Shown: one piece after another, positions 39,708-52,640 of the stretch | How positions within the stretch are numbered: position 1 is the stretch's first letter | Layout of the letters: every line of letters starts with the position of its first letter | Source of the DNA: Octopus sinensis | Taxonomy: Eukaryota | Assembly: GCF_006345805.1 (NCBI RefSeq) | Contig: NC_042999.1 | Coordinates: 121,830,001-121,894,000 of the forward strand | Direction: 5' to 3' | DNA length: 64,000 nt | Translations under genes and position numbers: made by a program | Notes under the pieces: model-generated | Told to the model about the DNA's origin: nothing | Databases searched by the model: none | Seen by the model: only the letters and a program-made list of their open reading frames with translations

Positions 39708-42700
39708 TTTTACAAAGTAATTTGGCTTTATATAAAAGAAAATGGCTGCTATTATTCTGGTTGGTTCTTTTTTATAATGCAATCTTTATCACAGCTAAAG
39801 CATTAGAATATTTTTCTTACTAATTCATCATTTGTTTACTACCATCACTATAATGCATCTTGTTATACTTGCATACCAATTAGGCTTGCATATATATCAC
39901 TAGATCATTTTGAAAAAAGATTTTGTCGCTTGTCTTGATTAATAATAAAAACAGGAAGTATGATATTGAATGAATACATCACTAATATACATCAATCAAA
40001 TCAAAGATGAAGGCATCCACCTGTGGAAATGCTAGATCCTTACTGACTCTCTATGCTTCAAAGCACATAACCTTTATAAAGCATATGTAAATCTCCCACC
40101 TTATTTCTATTTTTCACAACTGCCAAACTATTATTTAATATTTTTCTATCCAACTATCAAATGGCAATAATTCAAACTGTAAATTATCTGAATTAACCTC
40201 CCTTCTTCATCCCATCTTAAGAAGATTAAAAACTCACTAGCATTTTCTTTCATACCTACATTATCATATAAATTTAAATATATATTGAAACATTTGACCA
40301 CATGATCACATGAAATGATTCCTGAGAACTTCATATTGTAATCACCAATAGGAAATGGTGATATCGAAAATGTTGATTTAAACTTAAGTATGTTGCTGTT
40401 GCTGAGTTGCTTCACAATATATAAAAGTACTCTGAGAGAAGTAGTGAATAAATAGCTTCAATGGATGAGCTTATAAATGTTTGAACTGACTTAGTAACAA
40501 CATTGTGTCTATTAGCAGACATTTATTCTTTTTACATATGAATGTAAAATTGTATGGAAGATGTTTCAGATGTGTATGATAGTTTACTTCAAACCCCTAG
40601 AGAGCAATGATTTCAGTCAGAAATGGAGTAAGAATGTAAAAAACATAAAACGTTGACACCTGGTTGCAAGTCTAAGAATAATTTCACCTCATATACCTAT
40701 GATGGTACACATACTACATTAATTTACACATACAAAACTAGTTAGGAACTATTATGTTGAAAATGAGTGTTCAACAAACAAGCAAGTTTATTTTCCCATA
40801 GCTAGTCATGTTTTTTATGGAAGAATGGAAATGAATAGCCTCACTTTTATTATTATCATACTGATTTAAAACCATCACATGATGTCTGGACAAGAGTTCA
40901 CACATACATATACAATGGATGTATTTCAGTTTCCATCTCCATATTCACTCACAAGTTATCAATTGGTTTTGAGTTATAGTAGAAGGTGATTCTCAAAGAT
41001 GCCACACTGTGACTGAACCCAAGAATATATTGTTGGGAAGCAAGTTTGGTAACCACACAACCACACCTACACCTATGTATATATATAAATACACACATAT
41101 ATATGTAATAAGACATACATGCAATATACTTTATGATACTAATAACAGATGATGTTCTGAATTTGAAGTACCAGCCATTTATGTTTACTATAACTATATT
41201 TATATCAGAGATTTATAAGACAATCTTTTAATTCTTCTTTGGTCCACATAAATCCAATTTTATTGAAGTGCACTCTAATAAAAATCACAAACAAATGCTG
41301 AAAAGCATAGGATTAAAGCTTTGGACTTTAAAATGGTAGCCTCCATAAGATGTAAGCAAGCATATAAACAAGAAATTCCATTGAGGAATATCTATTAATC
41401 TTAACTAAAATTTATTACTTACACTTTAGACTTAGTCCATAGCTTTTGTCTTTGGGTGTCTTTGTTCAAGTACATTCTGTTATAAGCATATGGGCCAGAT
41501 TTCCTGTCAGAAAATGACTTCTTCCCTTCCTCCCTTGGAAAGAGTTATGCATTTTACCCTTCTTCCTCTGACTAAATTATATATATCCAACTTAACATGA
41601 ATGCCTTGTTAAACCACCAAATACTGCATTATTAGCCTTGAGAAATCTTCTTATATTGGCATATGGTGCATAAAAGATCGTAGCAGATGAAATTCATCTG
41701 TCATGAGCACCAGAATTCATGTTATTCCAGCCTATTAGACCTCAACAGTGAGAAGTACTGATCATGCCAGTTAAATCTCACTACTATAATATATAGGATA
41801 TCAACATCTTTTTAGACACTGATGTTGCAAATAATCAGCAGGCTTATTGAAAATTAATTATTATGGACAAAAGCAATATTAATACCAAAAGAAAATCTTT
41901 ATATCCAACTTAATATATATGCTCTATCAGAACACTAAATCATTATCCTTGATAGATCCTCTCATATAGATGCAAAGCACACACATAGATCATAACAGAC
42001 AAAATTTGTCTCATGAGCACTGGGATTCCCATTTCACATGGTTCTGGTTTATTGGACTGCATCAATAGATATTTGACTGGCTCGCAGTGTGTGTGTTTTT
42101 AGGCACAAAGCACCTGCATGAGAAAATCTCTCAAGATGAATATCACAGCATTTGTTGTTCTAACCAGGCATTCATAATAAGTTGGATATAAAATTTTTGG
42201 GTATCAATACTACTACTGTCACTAAGGACTAAAATATCTTTGTATGTGTGTGTGTGTGTGTATCAACTGAAGAAAAAATGCTAATATTTGATATAATTAG
42301 TAAATACACACTTCCTTTTATGAAAAAGAAATATGACTATATTTTGAAAAACCAACATGAAAGACATAAAGATATACTTAAAACACTGATTAAAAGATTA
42401 CAGTGAATTACTTGTAATTCTGAATAAAAAAAAAATAAATAAGCATCAATGTATAAAATATCTGTAGGTATTTGTTTGAACAATTTAAATTAATGAAGGA
42501 AATTTCTTATCTTTTAGAAATTGATAACCCAGGCATATTAAAAATAAATACTTAAAATTCAAGCAAATAGTTTTATACGTAGGTTCTTTTTTGAAAATAA
42601 TTGTTCCTAAAGGATTAAAACTTAGTAATATGAATTATTATAAACAAAGTTTAAAGATCAAACAGATCTCATTAAGATCACTAGAAATATTTTTATTAAT

Positions 42701-43084
42701 AAGGTTTTGTTCAACAAGTATACCACCAGTTTTCTGGAACCTTTAGTTTCAAAACCTTTCTGGTTGATCAGTTCTTTCCAGATGAAATGTGGCCATATGA
42801 TAATTCTTCAATAGACCACAGAGCAAATAAATATTCACCTCACATTCACATCTAGAAACTTAAATTTAACATATATTAAATTATTAAATGCAATACTTGA
42901 ATATCTATGAGAGTTTATAAATATTGTATAGGGTAAAAGTTAATGAATACAGTCTGAAGGAATGTTTTATGTATTAAATATAAATTATATGTGAATTAAT
43001 CTAGTGAAATAGTATAGGCATTGTGGATTTAATCACTTAGGTCAAAGGAGTGAGAGCTGTAAGGATTATGTTGTGTTTCATAGA

Positions 43085-43510
43085 CTCTTTTACTCTTTTA
43101 CTTGTTTCAGTCATTTGACTGTGGCCTTGCTGGAACACCGCCTTTAGTCCAGCAAATCGACCCCAAGACTTATTCTGTGTAAGCCTAGTACTTATTCTAT
43201 CAGTCTCTTTTGCTGAACCGCTAAGTTATGGGCACGTAAACACACCAGCATCGGTTGTCAAGCAATGTTTGGGGGACAAACACAAGCACACAAACATATA
43301 CACACACACACACACACATACTATATATATATATATATTTATATACGACAGGTTTCTTTCAGTTTCTGTCTACCAAATTCACTCACAAGGCTTTGGTCGG
43401 CCTGAGGCTATAGTACAAAGCACTTGCCCAAGGTACCACACGGTGGGACTGAACCCGGAACCATGTCCGTTGGTAAGCAAGCTACTTACCACACAGCTAT
43501 TCCTATGCCT
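43085..43510 (-). mobile_element. Full-length tRNA-derived SINE with internal microsatellite and (AAAAGAGT)n tail
   Basis: Reverse complement GGCATAGGAATAGCTGTGTGGTAAG..CCGGGTTCAGTCCCAC..CCTTGGGCAAGTG; tail ACTGAAACAAGTAAAAGAGTAAAAGAG. Confidence 0.9.
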
Positions 43511-44156
43511 TCACAAATCTACGATTATTTCTTGGTGGATTTGTGAAGATGTAGGAAGCAAATCTAGAGTACTTGAAGCTGAGGGTTTAGGATTTTCAGA
43601 TGTAAGCTTACTACTTTGCCACACATTCTGCTTTGAAATATTTATTCTGAGAAAAGCTTCATATGCTTTTACTGTTATCTGTACAATTTTTCAAGTATCT
43701 AGTAAAGAGACATTATCTCATGTTCTGTCATGAAGCAATGTCACCCAACCCTTTTAATTACTTCACCTAACACCTCAGTTAACTTGTCAGAACTAAGCCT
43801 TACAGCTACACCTGGTTCATCTTCATCTGTGTTTTCATCATCACTTTAATTCTTTTTCTTTGTAGTCATAACAATATCTATGTTTTGTATTTAACACCGG
43901 GATAATTAATAGGTTATTTTTTTTTATTGACATTCATTTGCTGTCACAATGTGTTCACTATGCTTAATGTCTTTGGCACCAGATACCCTAAAACATTTAC
44001 TATATTCATGCAAACCTTTTTAAGTATTTTCTCATTGTCAATATTTTCATCAGGTGAATTCTTAAACATTAACACTGGCCAAATATTATACCAACCATTT
44101 ATTAGTATTGATGGATTTACAGTATCTCTGGTACTAGGAAGAACTAGAGGACATCT

Positions 44157-44157
<1 letters not shown>

Positions 44158-44189
<32 letters not shown>

Positions 44190-44570
44190 GTCATCGTAGT
44201 CATCGTCGTTTAATGTCAGTTTTCCATGTTGGCATGGGTTGGACAGTTCAACTGGGGTCTGAGAAGCAAGGAGACTGCACCAGGCCCCAATCTTATCTGG
44301 CAGTGTTTCTACGGCTGGATGCCCTTCTTAATGCCAACCACTCCGAGAGTGTAGTGGGAGCTTTTTACATGCCGCTTGTACAAGGTGCCAGAGGAGCTGG
44401 CATTGACCATGATTGGATGGTGCTTTTTACATGCCACCGGCATGGAAGCCAGTGGCATCGGCCACGTTTGGATGGTGCTTTTTACGTGCTACTGGCACGG
44501 GACTCACAATTACAATTTCCATTTGATTTAATTTTGATATTGCTGATGTTGATGAACTTGACTCAGCATC
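44158..44570 (-). mobile_element. RTE 3' tail with a long (TCA)n and ~3 internal repeats
   Basis: Same motifs as 36917-37530; accounts for ORF 44213-44722. Confidence 0.85.
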
Positions 44571-45319
44571 AGAAGCTAGTCAATACAGCATTAGCATCGG
44601 CTTTCCTCTTGTATTATTTAATAAATGTTTTTATAGTCAAACTAGAATTTACTGTATCTGTCATACATACCATGAAAAGTGATATATGCTACTTAATCTT
44701 CAGAGAATGCAGTATTCTTTGATCTTAATCTTGAATAATGGATATATAATTTAGTGGTAAATATTCTATAAATACATTGTTATTGTTTTCACACATGAGT
44801 TCAACAGTTACCTGAAATACTCACTCTATGATGTCTCACATATTGGTTAAGCCAGCTGCCATTTGAATGACAAACTTATAGAACACTTCCATGCCATCAA
44901 ACTTGTCAACCAGACGTCTGTTTCTCACCATTTTGCTTCACAGGCCACACAACAAACCAGCTAACATTGTTTAGCACATACCTGATACATCAGCTTGAGG
45001 TTTTGTTAAGAGCATCGATTTCTGTTATCTCTAAATCTTCATCTATTTCAGTCTCAATTCACAACCATTCCTCTTCAACAAAACTTCTCATACATTTACA
45101 CACATACTCACTACATAGACCAACATATTTTCATGCAACACTGTCACATCACACACATAAAACAAAAATACACACATGCACTACGCTAAAAACATACACA
45201 CTAACTTTATACAAATACATGAAATGTATGTATGAGAAAATACAGTACAGAGTAAAAAAATTTCATATATGCACACACACACACTCTCTCTCTCTCTCAC
45301 ATAGAAAAGAAAGTATGTA

Positions 45320-45560
45320 GAGTAGTGGAAATCAGTTTAGCCATGATGCTAAAGGTCACTGAACTATTAAGAAATTTACAGCTACTTCATCTAGATTACA
45401 AGTTCAAGTTTATTGAGGCACTAGGAAATATAACAAACTGTCTCAGCACCAATCTTGAGAAATTAGGGTTCTCAAAACCAGGAAGAAGAAATATAATTAA
45501 AATAACACTACAGATACAAGCCATCAAATGGATGTCAAAATATACATAAACCTTCCCTCA
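45320..45560 (+). mobile_element. 3' coding end of an RLE-type non-LTR retrotransposon (decayed)
   Basis: ELLRNLQLLHLDYKFKFI.ALG.IT.CL..NLEKLGF resembles the C-terminal region of R4-like elements. Confidence 0.45.
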
Positions 45561-46664
45561 AAGTTTAGTATATAAGTATATATTTACATGTCTTGAATGC
45601 AACTGTATGTATGTGTATAGATGCATAAAGCAAACAAAAGCTCATGCCCTGACTCCAGATACTTGCACATTTGCACACATACGTGTGCAACAATCCTCTT
45701 GATGTTGAAATTCCAATGGATCTAGTTTAGAAACCAGCTTGTTTTCCATTGCCAAGAAATTTTAAAGTAAGACTAAATGATAACATACACATATGTCCGT
45801 GCACACACACATGCACAATAATTTAATGAATATATGCACTCTTAAGCAACATGTATTTTATATACACAAGAACATACATGTACACACAACTCTAATATAC
45901 ACAGACATATTCTCACAACACAATATAACAGATACACATATATCTGCATACACACAAACACATGCATACCGTGAATACATAGACACACTAAAGTAACATT
46001 TTATTATTTTTTATACACAAACACATATATACCCATAAAATGCATTATACCCACCTACTCTCACAACATAATATAACAAGCCTATACATGGCCATATACA
46101 CACACCATATACACACACTCACAAACAACATTTCATATTATTATATGCACATCAACACTCAAACACACATAAATATCATCAGATATTCATTGTATAACGT
46201 AGCTGTATACACACACACTAACACATTATGCACTTCTACTTAACAGTCACACACACTGTACAAGAACACAGGTAAACATCAATATGCATAACTCATATAT
46301 GCATGTACACTTGGTCAAAGTTCACTGACATGTAATGCATAAGCACCAGATCCAAAAATAACAGATGCAATAAACACATACACACACACACATATACACC
46401 CAAATAGCACAATATATATATATATAGGACTATATATATATACACAAGCACAGGACTACTTTTTCATGAACTCAAGCATATGTTAATACACACACACACA
46501 CACAATACATCTCATTCTCATCTACCTTCTGTTTTTGAACCCCAGACCAAACTTATATAAAATAACTAACATAGGTAGTTATTTTCCTATTATTTTATTT
46601 TTCTTGTTTTATTTTATTTTTTTTCCTCAGATTTTTCCCCCTCAATATTCCAAAGAAGGACAAT

Positions 46665-46765
46665 ATCAGACTGGAGCCTGGTGCAGCTTCCTGGCTTCCC
46701 AGACCCCAGTCGAACTGTCCTACCCATGCCAGGATGGAAAAGAGGCATTAAACGATGATGATGAT
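46665..46765 (+). mobile_element. Short RTE-type 3' tail
   Basis: TCAGACTGGAGCCTGGTGCAG...GGCATTAAACGATGATGATG. Confidence 0.75.
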
Positions 46766-46814
46766 ATATTCTTTCTCTCTCTCTCTTTCTCTCGCTCCTC
46801 TCTCTCTCTCTCTC

Positions 46815-46853
<39 letters not shown>

Positions 46854-47430
46854 ATTAACTTTATATATATATACCACATTATTTATTTATCTCTCCACCC
46901 TAGTGCTTTTTCAAACCTATCCCCCTTCCTCCAACTTCTCATGCATACTCCTTTCTTACCTTCTAATCTTTTCTTTCTATCCCCCCCTCCCATTCCTTTT
47001 ATCTATCAATAGCTCTCCTCTCCTCATCCCCTTGTAATATCTTGACCAGCATCTAGCACTCCTTCTTTTTCTATTCATTTCTCTACTTCCCCTTATCAGT
47101 ATAATTCTCAAAATTCATTTATACTACAAGATCCTTTTCAATGAACCACACTTGCAGTTAATACCTGCAGACTATCCATTTGAAATAACAACATATGAAT
47201 TCTTATCAGACTTTTCACATCACGGATAGGAAGCCTCTTTCCTCATTCTACATAATACATTTCTTAGAGAACAGAACAGCAACTTTAACATACAACATGT
47301 ATTTTTATTTTCATATTTTCCTTTTATATTTTCTGCATTATATCTAATTTCTTCTATATCTCTCCCTCTCCTGAATAACTTCTAAAAAATTGAACTCTAC
47401 TAATTCCTTCAACTGAAGCTCTTTTAACTT

Positions 47431-47478
47431 ATCTCTGATGATGGGATATCATTTATTTCCCTGAAACAGCTGTAAGAC
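47431..47478 (+). ncRNA. Minimal type I hammerhead ribozyme motif (PLE type)
   Basis: TCT-CTGATGA-TGGGA..TTCCCT-GAAA-CAGCTG-TA-AGA: conserved core, palindromic stem III loop, 3-bp stem I; stem II closing pair imperfect. Confidence 0.6.
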
Positions 47479-47886
47479 CACGTTTCTATTTATAAATGTC
47501 CTAAGAATATCAAGTTGCCTTGGCCTTGTTATGTTATCTTATATAACACTCACACAGATGCGCACATGCATATATATATGTATGTATGTATGTCAATTGC
47601 ATAAGAATGGCCATTGAATAGGTGATAACACTGGCAGTGTTCCAGTATAGCCACAGACTTGGGGCTAAAATCCATAAAAGAATATATTGTTGACATAAGA
47701 ATTTATAAAATTTGTGAGGACATAAAATAATTCTTTTATAGAATGATGGATCTCAATCAGATAATGCTGTAAATAATAGCATGAAAACATCGGGTAAAAC
47801 TTCCTTGGACACATGATCATTTCATTAAAGATATATATATATATATATATATACTTCATTAAAAAGCAACAAAAATATCACAAAAT

Positions 47887-47924
47887 CTGTTACTCAGAGT
47901 TTCACGTTCTCGTTCGTCAGACAG
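47887..47924 (-). ncRNA. Intact minimal type I hammerhead ribozyme
   Basis: Minus: CTGT-CTGACGA-ACG-AGAA-CGT-GAAA-CTCTGAG-TA-ACAG; all core nucleotides canonical, stems I and II pair, stem III is a quasi-palindrome, cleavage triplet GUA. Confidence 0.8.
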
Positions 47925-48649
47925 TTTTGTTTAGAATGGAGCAAGATAAAGTTATATGCAGAAATACAATTACTTTGATAGATTCACATTTGAAAATGGT
48001 TTTGTTTCATTGGCCCTTTCAACTTATGGTCTTTTCAATAACTGGTCGAATGTAATAACAAATTGCAGTTTAAAATCATATTATTATAAAAATCAGAGAA
48101 AACCTTAAATCAAAAACAGCTTATGAAAAAGGAAAAAGGCCTGAATACCCTGGGTAAATTATTACCTTGTAAAAATAATAATAAATTAATGAACTAAAAG
48201 ATATATCCAGTTAAAAAATTTTCACATTAAATTGCATATACATTTAGCAATATATACACATACCAAACAATCTATAATATACATATATACTCTAAACATA
48301 CACACGTAGGTACATGGCTACATAATACATATACAGACATATATAGGCAAAATATAGAGATATATAAATGCACGTGTGCAAAACCTCCTGGTATGTGCTT
48401 ATACAAGTTAGTTGTTACAGGCAAAAGAAAGAAAAGGAAAAAAATCAGAGAATAACAAGTAGAAAGATAAAAAGGGGAAAATAAGAAAAAGAAATAAAAG
48501 AAAAAGAAACAGAAAATTAGAGAGTGAAAGGGAAAAAATAGATAGAGGTAGAGAGAGTGAAATGATTGGCATTCCTATAAGTATCTACTAAAAGTTAGAT
48601 ACTTCATTCAGCTTGCAAAATGTACACATAGAAAAAAGCATGTAAAAAA

Positions 48650-48745
48650 TTACATGTATATCTACATAAATACAAACATCCATACAAATACACATATAGA
48701 CATGCATACAAACATACAAATAATTATGTATGCAAATACATGCCT

Positions 48746-48778
<33 letters not shown>

Positions 48779-48960
48779 CACACACATATACATACATACA
48801 TGTATGTATATATATATACATACATATACACACATACATATATACATGTACACACAGATACATATATATACATGTCCATACCTACAATACATACATACAC
48901 ATAAATGTATAGAGACATATCTTCACATCAAGATAAATATATACATCATAACATATATTT
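48650..48960. repeat. CA/TA/TACA low-complexity repeat
   Basis: Direct inspection. Confidence 0.9.
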
Positions 48961-49254
48961 GCAAACATTAAAAAAACTGTCTGGTACATATAATATTAAA
49001 ATGTTAAAATAAGGAAATTGCACAATAAATTAATATAACATAATTAAATGTGTGAGTCAACAATACAAATAAACCTTGGCGAAGCTTAAGCTTGAATTTG
49101 CAAAACAGTGGAAGGCTTCCTCAAAAGTGAAGTTGAAATATGCACTAGCATTGTAATACAAAATAACTATAAGATGTAAAGTCAAATTCAAATGTGACAG
49201 TCAAAATTTTCCAAAAGTCAAAACATTTCATCCATACTGTATTTTATCGGTTGA

Positions 49255-50155
49255 CATTTTTAACCACGTGGCGTACCTGCAGGAATTTAAGAGCTTGCAT
49301 CTCTAATTCAAAGCATGTTTATCCTGGAACAGGATGAAGAACTTTTCTGAGAGGCAAAGATTACATTTCATGGGTCTTTTATGTTTGTATGATGATGCTG
49401 TCTCTAGAATTTCCCAGGTTACATTGAAAGGACAGACGTCATTTTCTTTCAATTCCCAGAAATCCTTTGTAAGACTAGTTGCTGTCCTATTCTTGGGGTA
49501 TCAGAAAGAATTTCAGTGAAAATAGAATTGAATCTTGAATGAATTTTCTGAAGCCCCCGAGTATGTTTTATATTCTTATGAGCCAACTACTTGCACTTTA
49601 GCTCTATAAAAAATTCATTTTTTAAGACATTTACCTTCCAATGGACAGCAAGTCTTATCTTTGAAGTTGCAGTTCCTCAGATTAGATTAGGCACTGTAGT
49701 TGTTTGTAATAATTTTCGTGTTATGCTGATTAATAAAAAAAGGGATAGTTTTTGCAACAAGAATAACTAACCCTCAGTGTTCTATTAAAAATTCTATAGA
49801 ACTTATGGCTAGATTGAAAACATTTAGAAACTAATTTTAAGAATTTCCTATCTTAGTTTTTACAGCAATACTAAATGCAGGGTTAAACCACAAAACTTTC
49901 CTAGTTTTAGTGCTATGTGGTCTATTATTGTTTGAATTAGTTTGACAATACTGGATTTTCTCCAAAAATCCAATTTTCTTTAATGCATTATTGTAGTACA
50001 GAACGGCATTTTGAAGTGCTGTTTCATCTGAAGAAATTGATGATATTCACCTTCCTATGTTACTAACTAGGTTCTTAAAAATTGCAGATTCTTTACTAAT
50101 ATAACATAGATTTTCATTGGGCTCACAGTAGGATTTAAATTTATCTAATTGCAAA
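49255..50155 (-). mobile_element. Decayed Penelope-like element (Neptune-type): RT C-terminus, linker and GIY-YIG endonuclease
   Basis: Minus translation PNENLCYISKES, IG..ISSISSDE, RKVLWFNPAFS, RVSYSC, CNFKDKTCCPLEGKCL, YRAKV..YSGASE, TSL.K.FWELK, CNLCLSEKFFIL, LN.R..LLN.CR; multiple stops. Confidence 0.85.
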
Positions 50156-50399
50156 TGACATGCTGTACTGCTTGGCATTCATACTGAAAGCTTCAATATG
50201 AACATTTCAGAGTGTTTGGGTGTCAATCTGAGGAGAGTACTATCTGAGGATATGTACTGAGAGTGATAAAAATTAAACATCCAGTCAACATCATGGTGTT
50301 TGAAATAATCCATGGGAGTACACTGTTTTCATTCCACTCTCTGCATTTTGTGAAACTGTTATGCTTGTAGTACACTATGCCTACAGGCATACCACAATA

Positions 50400-50740
50400 G
50401 ATAAAGACATTGGTTAATGCAGTCTAGTAGCCTGGAGGTGACTTGATTTACATTAGTGCCCAGGCAAGGCACTAAGGTAATTCACAAAAAAATCAACAGA
50501 AGCAAAAACATATCTTGGAATGCAGGGAGTGTAATGAGAACAGTGTACCCCCATGGATCAAATAAAGGGTTAAATTTGAAGTTCCAATACAACTAAGTTC
50601 AACACAAGAAACCTGAGGACGGCTGGAGTGTACAACAGCCAAAATCTAGTGAAATCAACAATGAAGATGAGGATATCAGTCTGACTAATATAAACAGTAT
50701 ACATTATATAAATTCTTAATCTCACAAATAAAGAATTGTA
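50400..50740 (+). mobile_element. Diverged relative of the hammerhead element at 60012-62257
   Basis: CAAGAAAC-CTGAGGA-C-GGCTG..CAGCC-AAAA (50613-50644), then AAGATGAGGATA and AGAATTGTA as in 62128-62257; 50518-50560 is an inverted copy of 50306-50348. Confidence 0.6.
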
Positions 50741-52179
50741 GGATAATATTACAGATAAGTTGAGATTTAACTTAGAACAGGAGACAACTGTATTGTAGGC
50801 ACTTAAAATCTACAAATTCTGTTTATACAAATCCAACAATATGTAGTCATATTCACTAATAGAAAATGTTGTAAAATACAACAGAATACAAAAAGTTGAA
50901 GTCAACCTTACTGAACTTCTTACAAGTAAAATTACATTGAATATTTAGTATTCAAGTCAACAACACATCATTTCCCTAACCAATACATAGAAAATACTCA
51001 GAACCTTTATACAATATTTTGAAAACAATAAAAGCTAAGCACATAACTCTCTTTCTTCAGTAATTTATCAAAACAAGAAAAATATTGCACTAGTAAACAA
51101 TAATCCATTCGATCTAACATAGACAATGCCATTCTTGTCTTTATTTCCAATCTCTTAGACACATTCCAATGGAAATAACTTGACAATATTCAATTGTAGT
51201 AATGTCAAATAATGATGTTTGAGCTGTAATCCTAATATTACAGTTTCAAAAGAATATTGAATAAAGCAAAGCCTAAAATTACAAGTAGAAGGAAAAACTG
51301 ATTTATATATAAAGTGGCTAGGGTTCAGAATATTATCAGTTAGCTATTAATAGCCATGGCTATGTTAGCAGTTACCTGATAAACTTCATCTGCAATCTAC
51401 TTGGATTTCTCACTAGTGACCATAAGTTAACCAAAGATACATCATAGTAGACATCAGTGAAGGATAAGTGGCAAGAGCGAGAGAGTATAATTTATCTAGT
51501 AACACACTAGTGATTTGGCTATCCAACCAGTAAAAGTTCTTTTGATATTATTTTAATAAGGAGCCACACACTATAATACAAAACATTCGAAAAATAAGTT
51601 CTGAAACTAGGGATAAAGGTTCTTTCTAGTGAATGGAGCTGCTCCTGATTTTGAATTGTTGAATTCCATTACTTCTTGCACCATGAGTTAAACAAGCATC
51701 AATATTCTCCTTTATGCACGCACCAGCCACCTTTGAAAAATTTTGGAAACAATATAAAAGTTAGATATCAAAATGTGCAAAGTTCAAAATTTACAAGGGA
51801 TACTTGCTTCAGGTTTCTGATCTAATGCAGAAGTTTTTACTGATTCTTTTGATATCTAATTCAACTTTTTTAAAGTTGCTTTCACCTTAGGTATTAGAAG
51901 AAAAAAAAACACTTATAAACCTTGAAATTGTTATTGGATTACTTTTCAGTGCTTTAAATTGAAGTGCATGATTTTCTGATAAAATCCAGATTCACACAGG
52001 CTTTGTTTATCTAGCCTGCAATCACCAAACATTTGAGTATATGCTGAAAGCCAAATGTTTTGTGTCTACTAAAACCAGTTTATATCATTCATGAGAATAA
52101 GTGAGGTGTAAAAAAGGATCACAAGGAAGAGAAAAAAACATGTGTTTTATGGTTTATTCAGAAAGAACTCATAGTCTTT

Positions 52180-52640
52180 ACTTGTCATCTAAGATTGGAG
52201 AAATTGATACAGTTGGTTTGAACATGAATAAAAAGATGTTTGTAGAAAAGAAAATATGTGGGAAATGGATTTTGATAGATTGGCATTCTAGGGAGTAAAG
52301 ATTCACCTTTGTGATTAAGGCAGGGCCTCAGAGGTAAGACTCAGTGTGGGGGATGTGAGGAGAAGAGATAAATATATCAGGTGGTATTGGGTGGTGATAT
52401 ACAGTTAACTGTTTCAGAAGAGCATAAGCTTTTCTAGTAGCAGAAGGATAAGCAAATGAAAACAGAGCAGATCTATAGGTCAGAGGTTGTAGTATGTTGG
52501 TGTGTGAAGCTTTTCTAGCTAATCAAATGGTTTCTTTCTAGCTGCAATCTAAGATGTTCATGTGTGTTGCAGTAGCATTGTCTTCTAATTTGACTTGAGC
52601 TTCTACTTTAACTTGAGCTTTGTAGAGAAATAGCGAATGG
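52180..52640 (-). mobile_element. Decayed CR1/Jockey-like LINE 3' fragment
   Basis: Minus translation LFLYKAQVK..ATATHMNILD, similar to 9560-9700. Confidence 0.4.

Noticed and set aside
51600-51735. Relatively GC-rich segment considered as an exon on either strand
   Set aside because: Stops or missing donor sites in the usable frames; no recognisable motif.
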